From contig CM059439.1 of the NCBI GenBank assembly GCA_030390025.1, positions 68,572,001 to 68,636,000 on the forward strand: a stretch of 64,000 bases of DNA, given 5' to 3'. The notes under the pieces are model-generated. The model was not told the origin of the DNA, did not search any database, and saw only the letters and a program-made list of their open reading frames with translations. The DNA comes from Squalus acanthias (Eukaryota). Each line of letters begins with the position of its first letter. Position 1 is the first letter of the stretch. Of this stretch, positions 53,017-64,000 are shown piece after piece. The position numbers and the translations under genes were made by a program.

Positions 53017-53385
53017 ACCCTGGAGGTGATAGACACATGAATGAGGGAAGTCTTCAATGGAGGTTGGGGGTAGAGGTGGGAAGGCAATGTTGTGGAGGTA
53101 GAAATAGGTGTTCTTGGTGATGGATAGATATGAAATTTGAAGCTCGCAGCAAGTCAAACAGAACACCAAGGCTGTACAGTGCCAGGTCAGCCTGAGAAGG
53201 CAGCAAGGGAGTGGATGGAATTGAGGGCTATGGTGTAGAGTTTTAGGTGGGCACAAAGCAGAATGGCCAATGCTAAATTGGAGAAATTTCTGGCTGATTC
53301 AGGATTTGATGTTGGACAAGCAGCCAGAGAGAGCAGTGGCCATGGAGTTGAGGCTGGTGTTAGAGAGGTAGAGCTGGGGATCAAG
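53017..53385 (-). mobile_element. Degenerate L2 LINE ORF2 fragment
   Basis: YLSITKNTYFYLHNIA resembles the L2 ORF2 motif HIxxITKTAYFHLRNIA. Confidence 0.55.
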
Positions 53386-53405
53386 TACCAAGAAACAAAT
53401 ATAAT

Positions 53406-54127
53406 GGCCCAGAAATTAAAGACTGAGTGTTGACGCGGGGGTAAGGCTTCCCCGCGATATCTCACTCCGTGCCTACCTTTTTCCTCCGGGCCCACACGAA
53501 CTTTAGTTTCAAGGCTGCAGCTGTGCAGTGCTTGCGTAACCCAGAGACGCAATTAGTTCGTGCGAGCTCTGGGATCACGTGATTCAGTTAGAGCCAATGG
53601 CAGCACACCATCTTTCATTCATAGTTTTGACAGGAAGACCTGTCAAAGCTATGAATAATATACCCCCACAAAAGAACAGCTAAACCTCAATTAAATTTTA
53701 AAAAAAGCCATCACATTAATAAAATAAGTATAGTTAAATAAATTAACCACTTTAAACAAAAAATTAAATTTTTGAAAAAATTTAAAATCTTTTTAAAAGT
53801 TATAAAAATAAACTTACCTTTCTTTAAAGTCTCTAAAAAAGATAAACCTGTTGAAAAAAATTTAAAATAATACTTAATTAACTACTTACCTTGTTAAAAG
53901 AGGGTCTTACACCTCCTTTCTTTATGTGTAAAATCTTCCATGCTTACCTGCGCGTTCAAAGCAGCCTGTAGCGCGCACGCGGTTCACCTAGGAACCGCCC
54001 CCTTTTGAATTCACGAAGTGCCGGTTTCCCGCGCATGCGCAGTGCATGCTGGAAACTGGCAATTGGAGACCTAAAACGCGAGAGTACACAGTGCGTACTC
54101 TCGCGTATTAGGTCTAATTTTCGGGCT
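53406..54127. mobile_element. PIF/Harbinger-type MITE, copy 2 (same orientation as 44409-45152)
   Basis: Colinear high similarity to copy 1; TIR ggcccagaaatta / taattttcgggct. Confidence 0.85.
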
Positions 54128-54424
54128 ATTATCACAATGTACACCAGTCACCATTATAATTGTTCTCTGACCAGTTAAGAATAGCACGCTGTCTCAATAT
54201 GAACATACAACATGAAATATTTCACAGAATCATACATTACAGAAGGAGGCACTATAGCCCATCATGCCTGTGTCAGCTCTTTGAAAGAACTATCCAATTA
54301 ATCCCACATTCCAGTTTATACATATATGTTTAAAACGTCCAGGAAAGGAAAGAACTTGGAAGAAATTTCCTTTTTATAAAACGTCTACTCCAAAATGCTT
54401 CCAACATTTTCTGGTAGAGGAGAG

Positions 54425-55143
54425 GAGGCATGTCCTAGAACCGCGGCATGGTACATCGGCGAGACCATGCAGACACTGAGACAACGTATGAACGAGCACC
54501 GCGCAACAATCGCCAGGCAGGATTGTTACCTCCCAGTCGGGGAACACTTCAGCAGTCAAGGACATTCAGCCTCGGATCTGCAGGTAAGCGTTCTCCAAGG
54601 CAACCTTAGAAACACACGACAACGCAAAATCATCGAGCAGAAACTGATAGCCAAGTTCTGCACTCATGAAGACGGTCTCAATCGGGATCTTGGGTTTATG
54701 TCACGATACATGACGTGATCCGGTCTCGAGTCGTCGTTAGCTTGTTCACAGATGTGATTCCCAGTAAAAAAGTAAAAATTTTCCCAGTAAAAAAGTAAAT
54801 TTTTTTTAAAGCTTTTCGTTTTACATACAGACGGCAGCTTTTGACACGTTAGAACCCCTGCGACTACACCTCATTGTCTCAGTTGTATCTTGCTATGTCT
54901 TTGATGTGGTACCTTCCTGGCTGACTTAATTAACTTTATCACACCTCGGCAGATAGTCAGGATGATTTAATTTAGTGGTCTGCAATTGTAAAGTACACAT
55001 GCTTTGTTTTCTATCTATATATGCTTTGGCGATTCTGTATCTAATTTACTTCACCTGAGGAAGGAGCAATCGATAGCTCCGAAAGCTTGTGATTTCAAAT
55101 AAAACTGTTGGACTATAACCTGGTGTTGTGCGACCTCTCAATT
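54425..55143 (+). mobile_element. Penelope-like retroelement 3' fragment: GIY-YIG endonuclease + pLTR
   Basis: WYIGETMQTLRQRMNEHR..VGEHF..GHS..EQKLIAKF..GLNRD peptide; downstream ctgaggaag..cgaaagc..aataaa pLTR signature. Confidence 0.9.
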
Positions 55144-56060
55144 TAGAAAATAAAACCCATACATAATGAACAGTAGCCTCACATTTACAATTGCCATTAC
55201 ACCAGATCCAAAACCTTTTGACATTTTATACATTGCCAGTGAACATGCCATTACTCTATGCTATTACCACAATCACTCACCTCTTTATCCTCCCGAGAAA
55301 AATAACACAGCTGCTTTTAAAAACAATTAAAACATCAAATAACTCACAGTGCATCGATATCAACCGCAATTTGCCCTGTTGCTTTTGGTAATTCTCTAAT
55401 TCTTCACAGAAAGCCTGCCTGTAGAATATAGCACATCAATGTTTGAACCTAGTCTATCCCCACCGATCCTTATCAGTAGCTACCTGTGCACCTCCTTACA
55501 ATGGTGCTTTTCTTGTCTCTGCAGATTTGGAGCCTGCTTCTATATTTGATGAATCATACCATTATCATTGTAATCGCTAGAGAACAAAACTCAAATACTT
55601 CAGCCATAGTGACTCCCTGTTTAACCCCCCCACCCCCCCACAGTACATTCCTCTTCCGTGTTAGCCAATGCCCTTCATCCTACATACTTCTGGCAACTCC
55701 TTCCTTTCTTTCTCTCTCTTTCATCTTTGTTCTTATTACATGTTCCTTTCATTGCAATGTCCTGCTGTTCCCTCCCCGACCCCTTCTCTTATGTTGATGC
55801 TGCTTTATCCTCGGTTGTACTTTGTTTCTGTTCATCTTTCAGCAGACTATTTAACTCCTTTCAATTTAACGGTAACATTCACTGCACGCGCCTGACGACT
55901 GCACAATTTTTTATTTACTTCGTTTTTTTTTTAAAATGTGAGAAGGTGGAAAATCTCCTGTTCCCAGGCCTGTACAATGCCACGCTTCAGCCAACTGTTT
56001 GGAGGTACACAACTCCAGCACCAGTTGAGAGCTTCTTCCCCACATCTAGAATGATGTCTA

Positions 56061-56507
56061 GGTGCATAGTGGTTAGCACTGGTGCCTCACAGCGCCAGGG
56101 ACCCGGGTTCGAATCTGACCTCGGGTGACTGTCTGTGTGGAGTTTGCACATTCTCCCCGTGTCTGCGTGGGTTTCCTCCGGGTGCTCCGGTTTCCTCCCA
56201 CAGTCCAAAAAATGTGCGGGTTAGGTTGATTTGGCTATGATAAATTGACCCTTAGTGTTAGGGGGGGATTAAATATGTGGGGTTATGGGGATAGGATGGG
56301 ATATGTTAGGGGGAATTAAATACGTGGGGTTACGGGGATAGGGTGGGATATGTGTCGGTGCAGGCTCGATGGGGATTCTGTGTGAGGGGGCAGGGACAGG
56401 GTGCTGGATTTGGATGATCAGCCATGATCGTATTGAATGGTGGAGCAGGCTCGACGGGCCGAATGGCCTACTCCTGCTCCTAGATTCTATGTTTCTATGT
56501 TTCTATG
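56061..56507 (+). mobile_element. HE1-type V-SINE (tRNA head, V-domain, CR1/HER1-derived tail)
   Basis: A/B boxes (agtggttagc..gggttcgaatc), V-domain gtgtggagtttgcacattctccccgtgtctgcgtgggtttcctccgggtgctccggtttcctcccacagtccaaa, CR1 tail and (tttctatg)n. Confidence 0.9.
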
Positions 56508-56664
56508 ACTCTTTCTCTGACAGAATGGCTGAAATTAGGAACTCGCCATGAGCAAGTGCAGGAATGAACTTGCATTCCACCATATCATGGTGCTGGAAAT
56601 TAGTGTTCCAATGTACTATTACTGGGTATAGGCTATATCTCTATACCCATCTTTCGGAGAAGTC

Positions 56665-56840
56665 AAACCAAAGCCATGTCTGCCCTCTCAGGTGGACCTT
56701 TCGAAGAAGAGCAGGGGAGTTCTTCCTGATATCCTGACCAATATTTATCTCTCCACCAACATCAGTAAAACAGGTTATCTGGTCATTATCTCATTGCTGT
56801 TTCTGTCATGAAAGGCACTATATAAATGCACGTCTTTTTT
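56665..56840 (+). mobile_element. SacSINE/DeuSINE-like fragment
   Basis: Similar to 3500-3800; ends in gaaaggcactatataaatgca. Confidence 0.55.
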
Positions 56841-57599
56841 CTATAACTGAATTGTATTGTGTGTGAGGTAACTGAGCTGCAGAATCTTTAAAAAGCACAT
56901 GTCAATGTTACTATTCATTGCGGGAGGGAAAGAATCATAGTGAACATGTTGAAACATGACGATGACCTCACTAAAGGTTTAACAATTATCATCTGATCAC
57001 TGCGCATGATTTTTTTGGGGGTGATAATCTTCAGTTAATAGTCAACATATTGTGAGCTTACACTGTACTTTGGCAAACCAGGCAACAAGATATTGTGACA
57101 GTCTCAGCCAGGCATTCCATTATCACTGAAAACACTGGCCTAACAATAATTATATTGAGGTAGGAAAGAAGAATTGACACTGGTCTGACAAGCCTCTAGT
57201 ATCTTTGGGCATTATATTGAACAACCAAATTTAAACAGCATTTAATTTTCACATCAAAGCTTACAGCTATTCCTAGCCTGAAAACTGCCTAACATTTTTT
57301 TCCATCAAATGGTTATTTTTTATAAAATACGAACCTTACGGAAAATTGACTTCTCCTTGCTAAACGTAGCCTCTTCACTCATGCGTCTGTCAGGGATTAC
57401 TGGACTAACACTGTACCAGAGGAGAGTAAAGCACAGTGGAACTAGTGTAGGCCTCTGGTCTTGCCCTAATGTGAGAATGTCCAATGGTCTCGGGGGGTGA
57501 AATTACTCTGAGTGCACACATGGTACAATAAAGGGGAGTTAATTTGTTTTGCCTTGTTTTAAACACATTTGCAGGAATGCTCGACTATACTCTGCGCTT

Positions 57600-58300
57600 T
57601 CTGGAAGCTTTTGTGTGTTAAGGTACACTAAAGAGATTCAATGTCTGTCTGATGATATTGCTGCTTCTCAAATGTACATCACTGCATGCTGTTTGCTGAG
57701 GGCTATTCAGATTGCTCAGCGGTATAATGAGCCACTTTTGCAGTGGTTAACCTATATCTCAAAATGCTAACCATCCAGCTTGTTGCCACCCACAAGGCCC
57801 TTAAGATATGGGTATTAATTTGTGGCCACTCCCTGTAAACTGTGTATTCACATGCATCACGATTTCCTAGTGGCCACAGACCATGTGGATGTTGATGAGT
57901 GGAATCCCTTTGTGTTAAATACCATGGGATATTCCACACGTGTTCAACATGGGTTTACTCAATGTTGTCTTGTAACTTGGGAATGCCACATCTTTTGAAA
58001 AAATCTATCAGCCTCTACTGCTGCTTTATACTGGTGTTAATTTTATTATATTCACCAGTGATATCATCACTTTCCCTGTTAATGATAGCAAGGTGCTGAT
58101 GTTGTTGCTTGATTGCAGCTTCGGTTCCAGGATATAGAACAATTCATCTACAGCTTCCTTGATGAGGCAGAGCCTCTTCACATATTGCTCCTCTGTGCGG
58201 TTGCGGTAGCTCATTTGCCAGTGGTAGACATTCTGCCTGGGATAGCGTTGAACCCTGGTGGCCCTCCAATAGCCATGGCCTTCCCTGATCATCATCATCA
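57600..58300 (-). pseudogene. Decayed PIF/Harbinger (HARBI1-like, DDE_Tnp_4) transposase
   Basis: Remnants on -: YPRQNVY..TEEQYVKRLCLIKEAVDELFYILEPKLQ (N-terminus), KGFHS..INIHMVC, and GWL..DIG*PLQKWLIIPL, with stops and frameshifts. Confidence 0.65.
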
Positions 58301-58429
58301 TCATCATCCTCCTGTTACTGAACATGTCCAGTAAAGTCAGACTCGCTGATGCACTCTTGCTGCTATCTGAACTGAAAGAGTCGAGTCCCTCTTTACCTCT
58401 GTATCTCCTCCACTGCTCCATGCTAGACC

Positions 58430-59430
58430 TCTGTTGACTACCCCACTGCCTCGATTTCAAAATTCTCATCCTTGTTTTCATATCCCTCCATGGCCTCGCC
58501 CCTCCCTATCTCTGTAATCTCCTTCAGCCCCACAACCTGTATTGAACCTTGGTTAGACCACACTTAGAGTACTGCATACAGTTCTGGTCACCATATTATA
58601 AAAAGGATATAGAGGCGGTGCAGAGAAGATTTACAAGGATGATAGCAGAAATGCGAGGGTATACATATCAGGAAAGGATGAACAGGCTGGGTCTCTTTTC
58701 TCTTGAAAAAAGTAGGCTGAGGGGTGACCTAATAGAGGTCTTTAAAATTATGAAAAATTTTGATAAAGTGGATAGAGAGAGAATGTTTCCACTTGTGGGG
58801 AAGAGCATAACTAGAGGCCATCAATATAAGATAGTCACCAAGAAATCCAATAGGGAATTCAGAAGAAAAGTCTTTACCCAAAGAGTGGTGAGAATGTGGA
58901 ACTCGCTACCACAGGGAGTGGTTGAAGCGAATAGTTGAAAGGGAGGCTAGACAAGCATATGAGGGAAAAGGGAATAGAGGGTTATGCTGATAGATTTAGA
59001 TGAAGAAAGACGGGAGGAGGCTCATGTGGAGCATAAACGCCGGCATGGACTGATTGGGCCAAATAGCCTGTTTTTGTGCCGTATATCCAATGTAATCTTA
59101 TGTAAACTCCCCCCGAGATATCTGCGCTCCTCTAATTCTGCCCTCTTGAGCATCCCTGATTATAATCGCTCAACCATTGGTGGCCGTGCCTTCTGTTGCC
59201 TAGGCTCTAAGCTCTGGAATTCCCTTCCTAAACCTCTCCGCCTGTCTACCTCTTTTTCCTCCTTTAAGACGCTCCTTAAAACCTACCTCTTTGTTGGTCA
59301 ACTGCCCTAATTTCTAATTATGTGGCTCGGTGTCAAATTTTTTATCTTTTAATACTCCTGTGAAGCACCGTGGGACGTTTTACTACGTTAAAGGCGCTAT
59401 ATAAATACAAGTTGTTGTTGTTGTTGTTGT
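58430..59430 (+). mobile_element. L2 LINE 3' end interrupted by a CR1 insertion
   Basis: FKILILVF.. then RYLRSSNS..GGRAF..KLWNSLP..FKTLLKTYLF; tail aaggcgctatataaatacaa(gtt)n. Confidence 0.8.
58537..59104 (+). mobile_element. CR1 LINE 3' fragment nested in the L2
   Basis: ORF 58549..58938, VRPHLEYCIQFWSP..WNSLP; the L2 sequence resumes on both sides. Confidence 0.9.
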
Positions 59431-60379
59431 TTTATCATCACCTTTATAGTGGTTGTAATTAATGTGATAAAAGTTAAAAGGCAAGCATGAATAATTTTGT
59501 TTCATCACTTTTAATTGGTATTCAACAAGCCAAAAACAAATGTTAACGCTGGATTTCTATGGTATGGAATCACAGAAATTTAGTACAGAAATAGGCCTTT
59601 TGGTTGTGCCTGTACCAGTGCTAGTTCCCCGCAGGAACCAGCTGTTCTAATCCCATTTCCCTGTCCTTGTACCCTAAAGAATCAGAAATATTAACATGAG
59701 TTAAAGTGGTTCGGTCCAGGAAGGAATTTTGGAAGTGTGGGCAAAAATGTGCTCATGCTTCATTAAAACGACCACAATAAATACAACACACTAACACAAT
59801 AGCATGTGCACAGAGTAACTTCATTCCCTTTTGTATGTTTTTTATATATACACATGTTTACCATTAAACAAAGCACACGGAACAGAGAGACGGAAATACA
59901 GCAATGATGGTTGTGTTTATTAAGTCTTCATATGATAACAGTACAGAGAAAGGTAGAACAACATCATGAACATTAGGAATCGGGGAGCTGTTTTACTTCT
60001 GGAGTTACGTCAAATGATAAAATGGTTTAGTCAAGAAAACGCAGACAGAGAAATAAAGTGACGAGACATTGAATGTTAGAAATGGTTGGTGAAGTTAGTA
60101 ATAAACAGTGAATGGTAAACCACAAGGAAATCAAGTCAACACGCATTCCTATTTTCTAAATTTGATGGCTATTACGGAATTTTATAGTTTCAAGTTGCTG
60201 AAAATACACGAAATAAATCTGTGTACAAACTGCGGGGAAAGAAACACAACTTGAGTGACCCAGGTATTCCCATGTATATTTTTTGTTTTCAATAAACCAG
60301 TGATCATACTTTATTTTGTGTGCATTTCATACTTCTCCTTGGCCGGTGTTTTCTGACCAGGGCAGCTCCATTACATACA

Positions 60380-60460
60380 AGAACATAAGAAAATAAGAAA
60401 TAGGAACAGGAGTAGGCCATACGGCCCCTCGAGCCTGCTCCACCATTTAAGAAGATCATG
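60380..60460 (-). mobile_element. CR1 3' tail fragment
   Basis: aacataagaaaataagaaataggaacaggagtaggccatacggcccctcgagcctgctcc. Confidence 0.75.
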
Positions 60461-62107
60461 TTTTATTTATATCGCCTTATTATTATTCATCATTAGTCAA
60501 AAATATAACTTATAAAACAGGAAAAAAATAAAATATTTGTAACACATGCTTATATAAAATAAACAATGATCAGAACAGTTATAAACCTTAAATATAAATA
60601 CTTATAGAGGTAGTGCTTAAAATAACCACAGTGTGCTTAGACTTTTTATTAATGTTGGAAATTTTTTTCAAAAACAAAGCAGCGATAAGGATCAGCACTT
60701 AATTTCCAAGAATTGTAAACCACTTATTGATCAGTCTTAAATCACTGGCAAAATGCTGAAGTGGAAATCAAGAATTTTTTTGGTCAGTTAGATGGACATT
60801 TTAGATACTTTGGTGCCTTATTGCAACCACCATCAAAGGAATGCAAGTCCATATTAATACTTGATTGCTATAAATTGCAGGCAGGACTCCCATTGTTAAT
60901 AGGAGTGAGATACTTATGGTGCACTTAGCCAACAACTATTGCATCTTTGCACTGACTGATGCTGAAATTATAGTGTAAAAGCAGCCTGAATCTGGTATCC
61001 GCGCTCAACCTGGAACCATAACAAAGTGGAGTGGGACTCCCTCAAGGAGATAGTCTCACTCCACTTCATCTTGGAGTCAGTTTGATACTCCCGATTTACA
61101 CATCAGGTTTAGCATTGTGCAAAACTGAAGCCACTTTGCACCGATGCTCAGTTTGTACTGTGAATGCACTCTGAAGCAAAATCCTGCGAGCCTGCTTTTA
61201 GAATCAAATGTAACCTCTTACAAACTTTCCTGAAAGCGTTAAAATGTTCTGCAGCACTTACTATTGCGGTGCAGTGGAACCTTGTTAAAATCAGTTCTTA
61301 CCAGCGGAAAAGTACATCATAAGGGAGAGATTTACACTTCAATCAAAACAGTGGAAATCATTGTACAAATACTTAAGCAAGGAGGGCCTAATTTTCACCT
61401 CATGCCACTTTTTCAGGTGTAGTTTTTGATGGCATCAAGTATTTCTGTAATTCATGCAGTTGTAATTTGAAACTTTCTACCTGGGTCAGCAGAAATGTCA
61501 ACAGTTCAGCAAACAAATAGAGCTATTTGTTTTTTTTAAAAAAACATTTGAAGCTGGACTATTCTGAGGTGCTGCAAGTCTGGCATTGCGGCAGATGTAC
61601 CACCCAGTGAATTTGCTTGTACATTGCTCTGTACCTTGATGAGAATTACTTGTCGCTAGTTGGAAGCAGCTCCACTGTCGTGGCCAGGTTTGTGCTAGAG
61701 CCTCTGAAGGTGAACATTGGGCCTTCATTTTCTAACACCCAACTATTATAGCCAATTAGTGCATCTGATGTGCTCATATTTGCTATTGTGACTCGGGATG
61801 TTCATATTCACAGTAATTAAATTAATAAGCAATGGGAAGGAGTTTGATTTTAAAGGTGGATTTGATTTGCCAGAGTTGATCTGAGGTGAGGGAGACTTCA
61901 CTCTGTATCACTTGAGCTTGTGCAGTGACTTTATTTCCAAGTATTATTCCAATATATAACAAGCAGTTTATTTTCTTTTCCTTAACAGTTTGTGAATGGA
62001 CTGAAAATGTGGTTTGATAATGCAGCACTGCCTAGTTTAATTTTATTTTCCTTTTCTCCCCCAATTAGTTTCCCCATTGTCGGGTACCACCCATACCCAA
62101 AAGCACA

Positions 62108-62210
62108 GATCATAGAATGATGCATCACAGAAGGAGGCCATTCGCCCCTTCATGCCTGTGCCAGCTCTTTGAAAGAGCTCTCCAATTATTCCCACACCTC
62201 TGCTCTTTCC
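62108..62210 (-). mobile_element. CR1 3' tail fragment (related copy at ~54225-54315)
   Basis: atcatagaatgatgcatcacagaaggaggccattcgccc..agctctttgaaagagctctccaatta. Confidence 0.65.
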
Positions 62211-62474
62211 TTTTAGCCCTGCACAGATGGGTGACCTGCTTTGGGTAACCAGCAATACTGCTCTAAAACCCAGGTCCTAGACGTGTGACAGAACAGCCTG
62301 GTTTGCCCTTCCTCTGTGAAGAAGCACTTGCACTCCACTTGGTACTTCCCCATAGCCCTGTGACTGAGATCAGGAACGTGGTGGCATTGGGAGATTATTC
62401 CATGATGTTTGAGCATGTGACACCACCGCAGTGCCTTTTGTACACTTAAGATTCAATTTTATTTTTTTAATTAA

Positions 62475-62915
62475 ACATCAGGAAAGAATGAACAGGCTGG
62501 GGATCTTTTTTTCTAGAAAAGAGAGGTGACCTGATAGAGGTCTTTAAAGTTGTGAAGGGGTTTGATAGGGTAAACGTAGAGAAGATGTTTCCACTAGTGG
62601 GGGAGTCAAAACTAGGGGTCGTAAGCATAAGATAGTCATTAATAAATCCAATAAGGAATTCAGGAGAAACTTCTTTACTCAAGAGAGTGATGAGAATGTG
62701 GAACTCGCTACCACAGGAAGTGGTTGAGCTGAATAGCACGGATGCAGTTAAGGTGAAGATAGATAAGCAAATGAGGGAGCAAGGAATAGAAGGATATGAT
62801 GATAGGGTGAGATGAAGTAACGTGGGAGGAGGCTCGTGTGGAGCATAGACACCGGCATAGACCAATTGGGCCGAATGGCCCATTTCTGTGCTGTAAAGTT
62901 TTATGTAATTCTATG
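62475..62915 (+). mobile_element. CR1 LINE 3' fragment
   Basis: Colinear with 37540-37990 and 58660-59104. Confidence 0.85.
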
Positions 62916-63669
62916 TAAACGAGTATGCCTTTGTATATAAGCATTCAAATCTTTGAAAATAACATAAAAGCCACTTGAGTTGTACTCCACATTTCTCAGG
63001 CCTGCAAAAAACAATTAGTTTTGAGTGAAATTCTGCACCATCAGATTAAAAAAATCTATTGCTTATAAATGGAGCTTTATATATCTTACCAAAAAATGTT
63101 TGTGGACTCATGATCATGGAATACTAGTCCCAGGAATATACTGAGGTAGTTAACTGTGATACTGTAGAGTAAAATTGCATTTTTAAAAGTGGGCTGTAAT
63201 ATATCTTTGTAACAAGATCATTTTTAGCTGAAAGAAAATTGCAGAGCCCGGTAATTAAATCTGCTAAACACCAAAATGAGGTGAAAATAGTTGATCATCC
63301 CAGTGCTCTGTACTTCACCCTGGGGAAACCAAGGATTTTAAACTAGCTACACCATTTCTTTTTATTTAATCTGCTAGGAAACAAAATATGAGATAATTAC
63401 GATATTTATTTATTCCCAAACTACAGTAAAATATGCAATCTTTTATGTGTGTTAAATTCTATTTCAAAATATCTAATGCTAAATGTTTACAGAAAATAAT
63501 TTCCCCAGATAATCTATGTTAAAAGTTATAGATTTTGAAAGCCAAAAAGGGCCTTTGAGTATTCACTGGGTTAATAAAAACTCTGTTCATAACCTGTTTC
63601 CAAACAGTATGAAGTATCACAAACAATAGAGGCATATCATAATTGTACCGTCCTTTTTAGACAAACTGA

Positions 63670-63675
63670 TTTATT
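63670..63675 (-). terminator. Intronic polyadenylation signal for the CRB1-B-type isoform
   Basis: TTTATT on + (AATAAA on -) just downstream of the read-through stop codon. Confidence 0.6.
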
Positions 63676-63695
63676 GGCTTGGTTATGCAAGAGCT

Positions 63696-63806
63696 TCAAC
63701 CCCACTCAATTGCTGGTTCATCCTCCATTCGTAGTATGAGGTAGGAGAGAAGCTGAAAAAGATGCTGCCAGAGTAATAAGGAGATGAAAAAGGAGAGATC
63801 GCTTAC
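63696..63806 (-). CDS. CRB1: CRB1-B-type alternative C-terminus by intron read-through ([36 protein letters not shown])
   Basis: In-frame continuation of the EGF exon for 36 codons to TGA, with AATAAA ~20 nt downstream. Close to the recalled mammalian CRB1-B tail [36 protein letters not shown]. Confidence 0.85.
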   Translation of the reverse strand, partial: VSDLSFFISLLLWQHLFQLLSYLILRMEDEPAIEWG

Positions 63807-63933
63807 ATCAAACTCACAGCGGTCACCGGCAAATCGCATGTCGCAGATGCAGTGGAACTTATTGGGCAGGTTTCGGCAGAAACCTCCGTTGAGACAAGGG
63901 CCCGATTCACATTCATCAATGTCGACTTCGCAT
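63807..63933 (-). CDS. CRB1: CRB1 penultimate exon, last calcium-binding EGF domain ([42 protein letters not shown])
   Basis: cctgcag acceptor, GAT|gtaagc donor; 127 nt, phase 2/0; six-cysteine EGF with DIDEC motif. Confidence 0.95.
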
Positions 63934-64000
63934 CTGCAGGATGTTCAGAAGGAGACTTCATATAAAACATTTCAGGCAGATTTGTTTTATTCTGATGTTG

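Noticed and set aside
56061-56135. tRNA gene
   Set aside because: tRNA-derived head of a V-SINE, continuous with the V-domain and CR1 tail.
255-62944. Remaining 60-160 aa ORFs in the six-frame track
   Set aside because: Chance ORFs in AT-rich introns or antisense frames of repeats; no recognisable domains or splice structure.
1079-63933. Assignment as the CRB2-DENND1A or CRB3-DENND1C locus
   Set aside because: MDLLGEILDTLSTHSSDQGKL and PWEKE fit DENND1B; the EGF exon, [12 protein letters not shown] tail and CRB1-B read-through fit CRB1.

Overview
Vertebrate genomic DNA, most likely a shark or other elasmobranch, judged from HE1-type V-SINE, SacSINE/DeuSINE-like and HER1/CR1 repeats. Two genes converge tail to tail. 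On + are the last five coding exons and 3'UTR of DENND1B (1079-~30360). On - is the 3' end of CRB1: the last EGF exon (63807-63933) and the canonical TM+ERLI exon (40526-40741). Main discovery: the ~23 kb last intron of CRB1 contains, on the same strand, a complete three-exon, 118-aa CRB3-like gene, with a signal-peptide exon (50825-50906), an S/T-rich stalk exon (42521-42573) and a TM + 37-aa Crumbs tail exon (40985-41206). Its splice phases are compatible with the CRB1 exons. The CRB1-B-type read-through C-terminus is also intact (63696-63806), so the locus encodes three alternative Crumbs C-termini. The rest is intronic or intergenic DNA with CR1, L2 and Penelope fragments, SINEs, Harbinger/hAT/Tc1-type MITEs and a minisatellite. 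Exon calls come from hand translation and splice-site reading; comparisons with human and fly proteins are from memory and need confirming by alignment.
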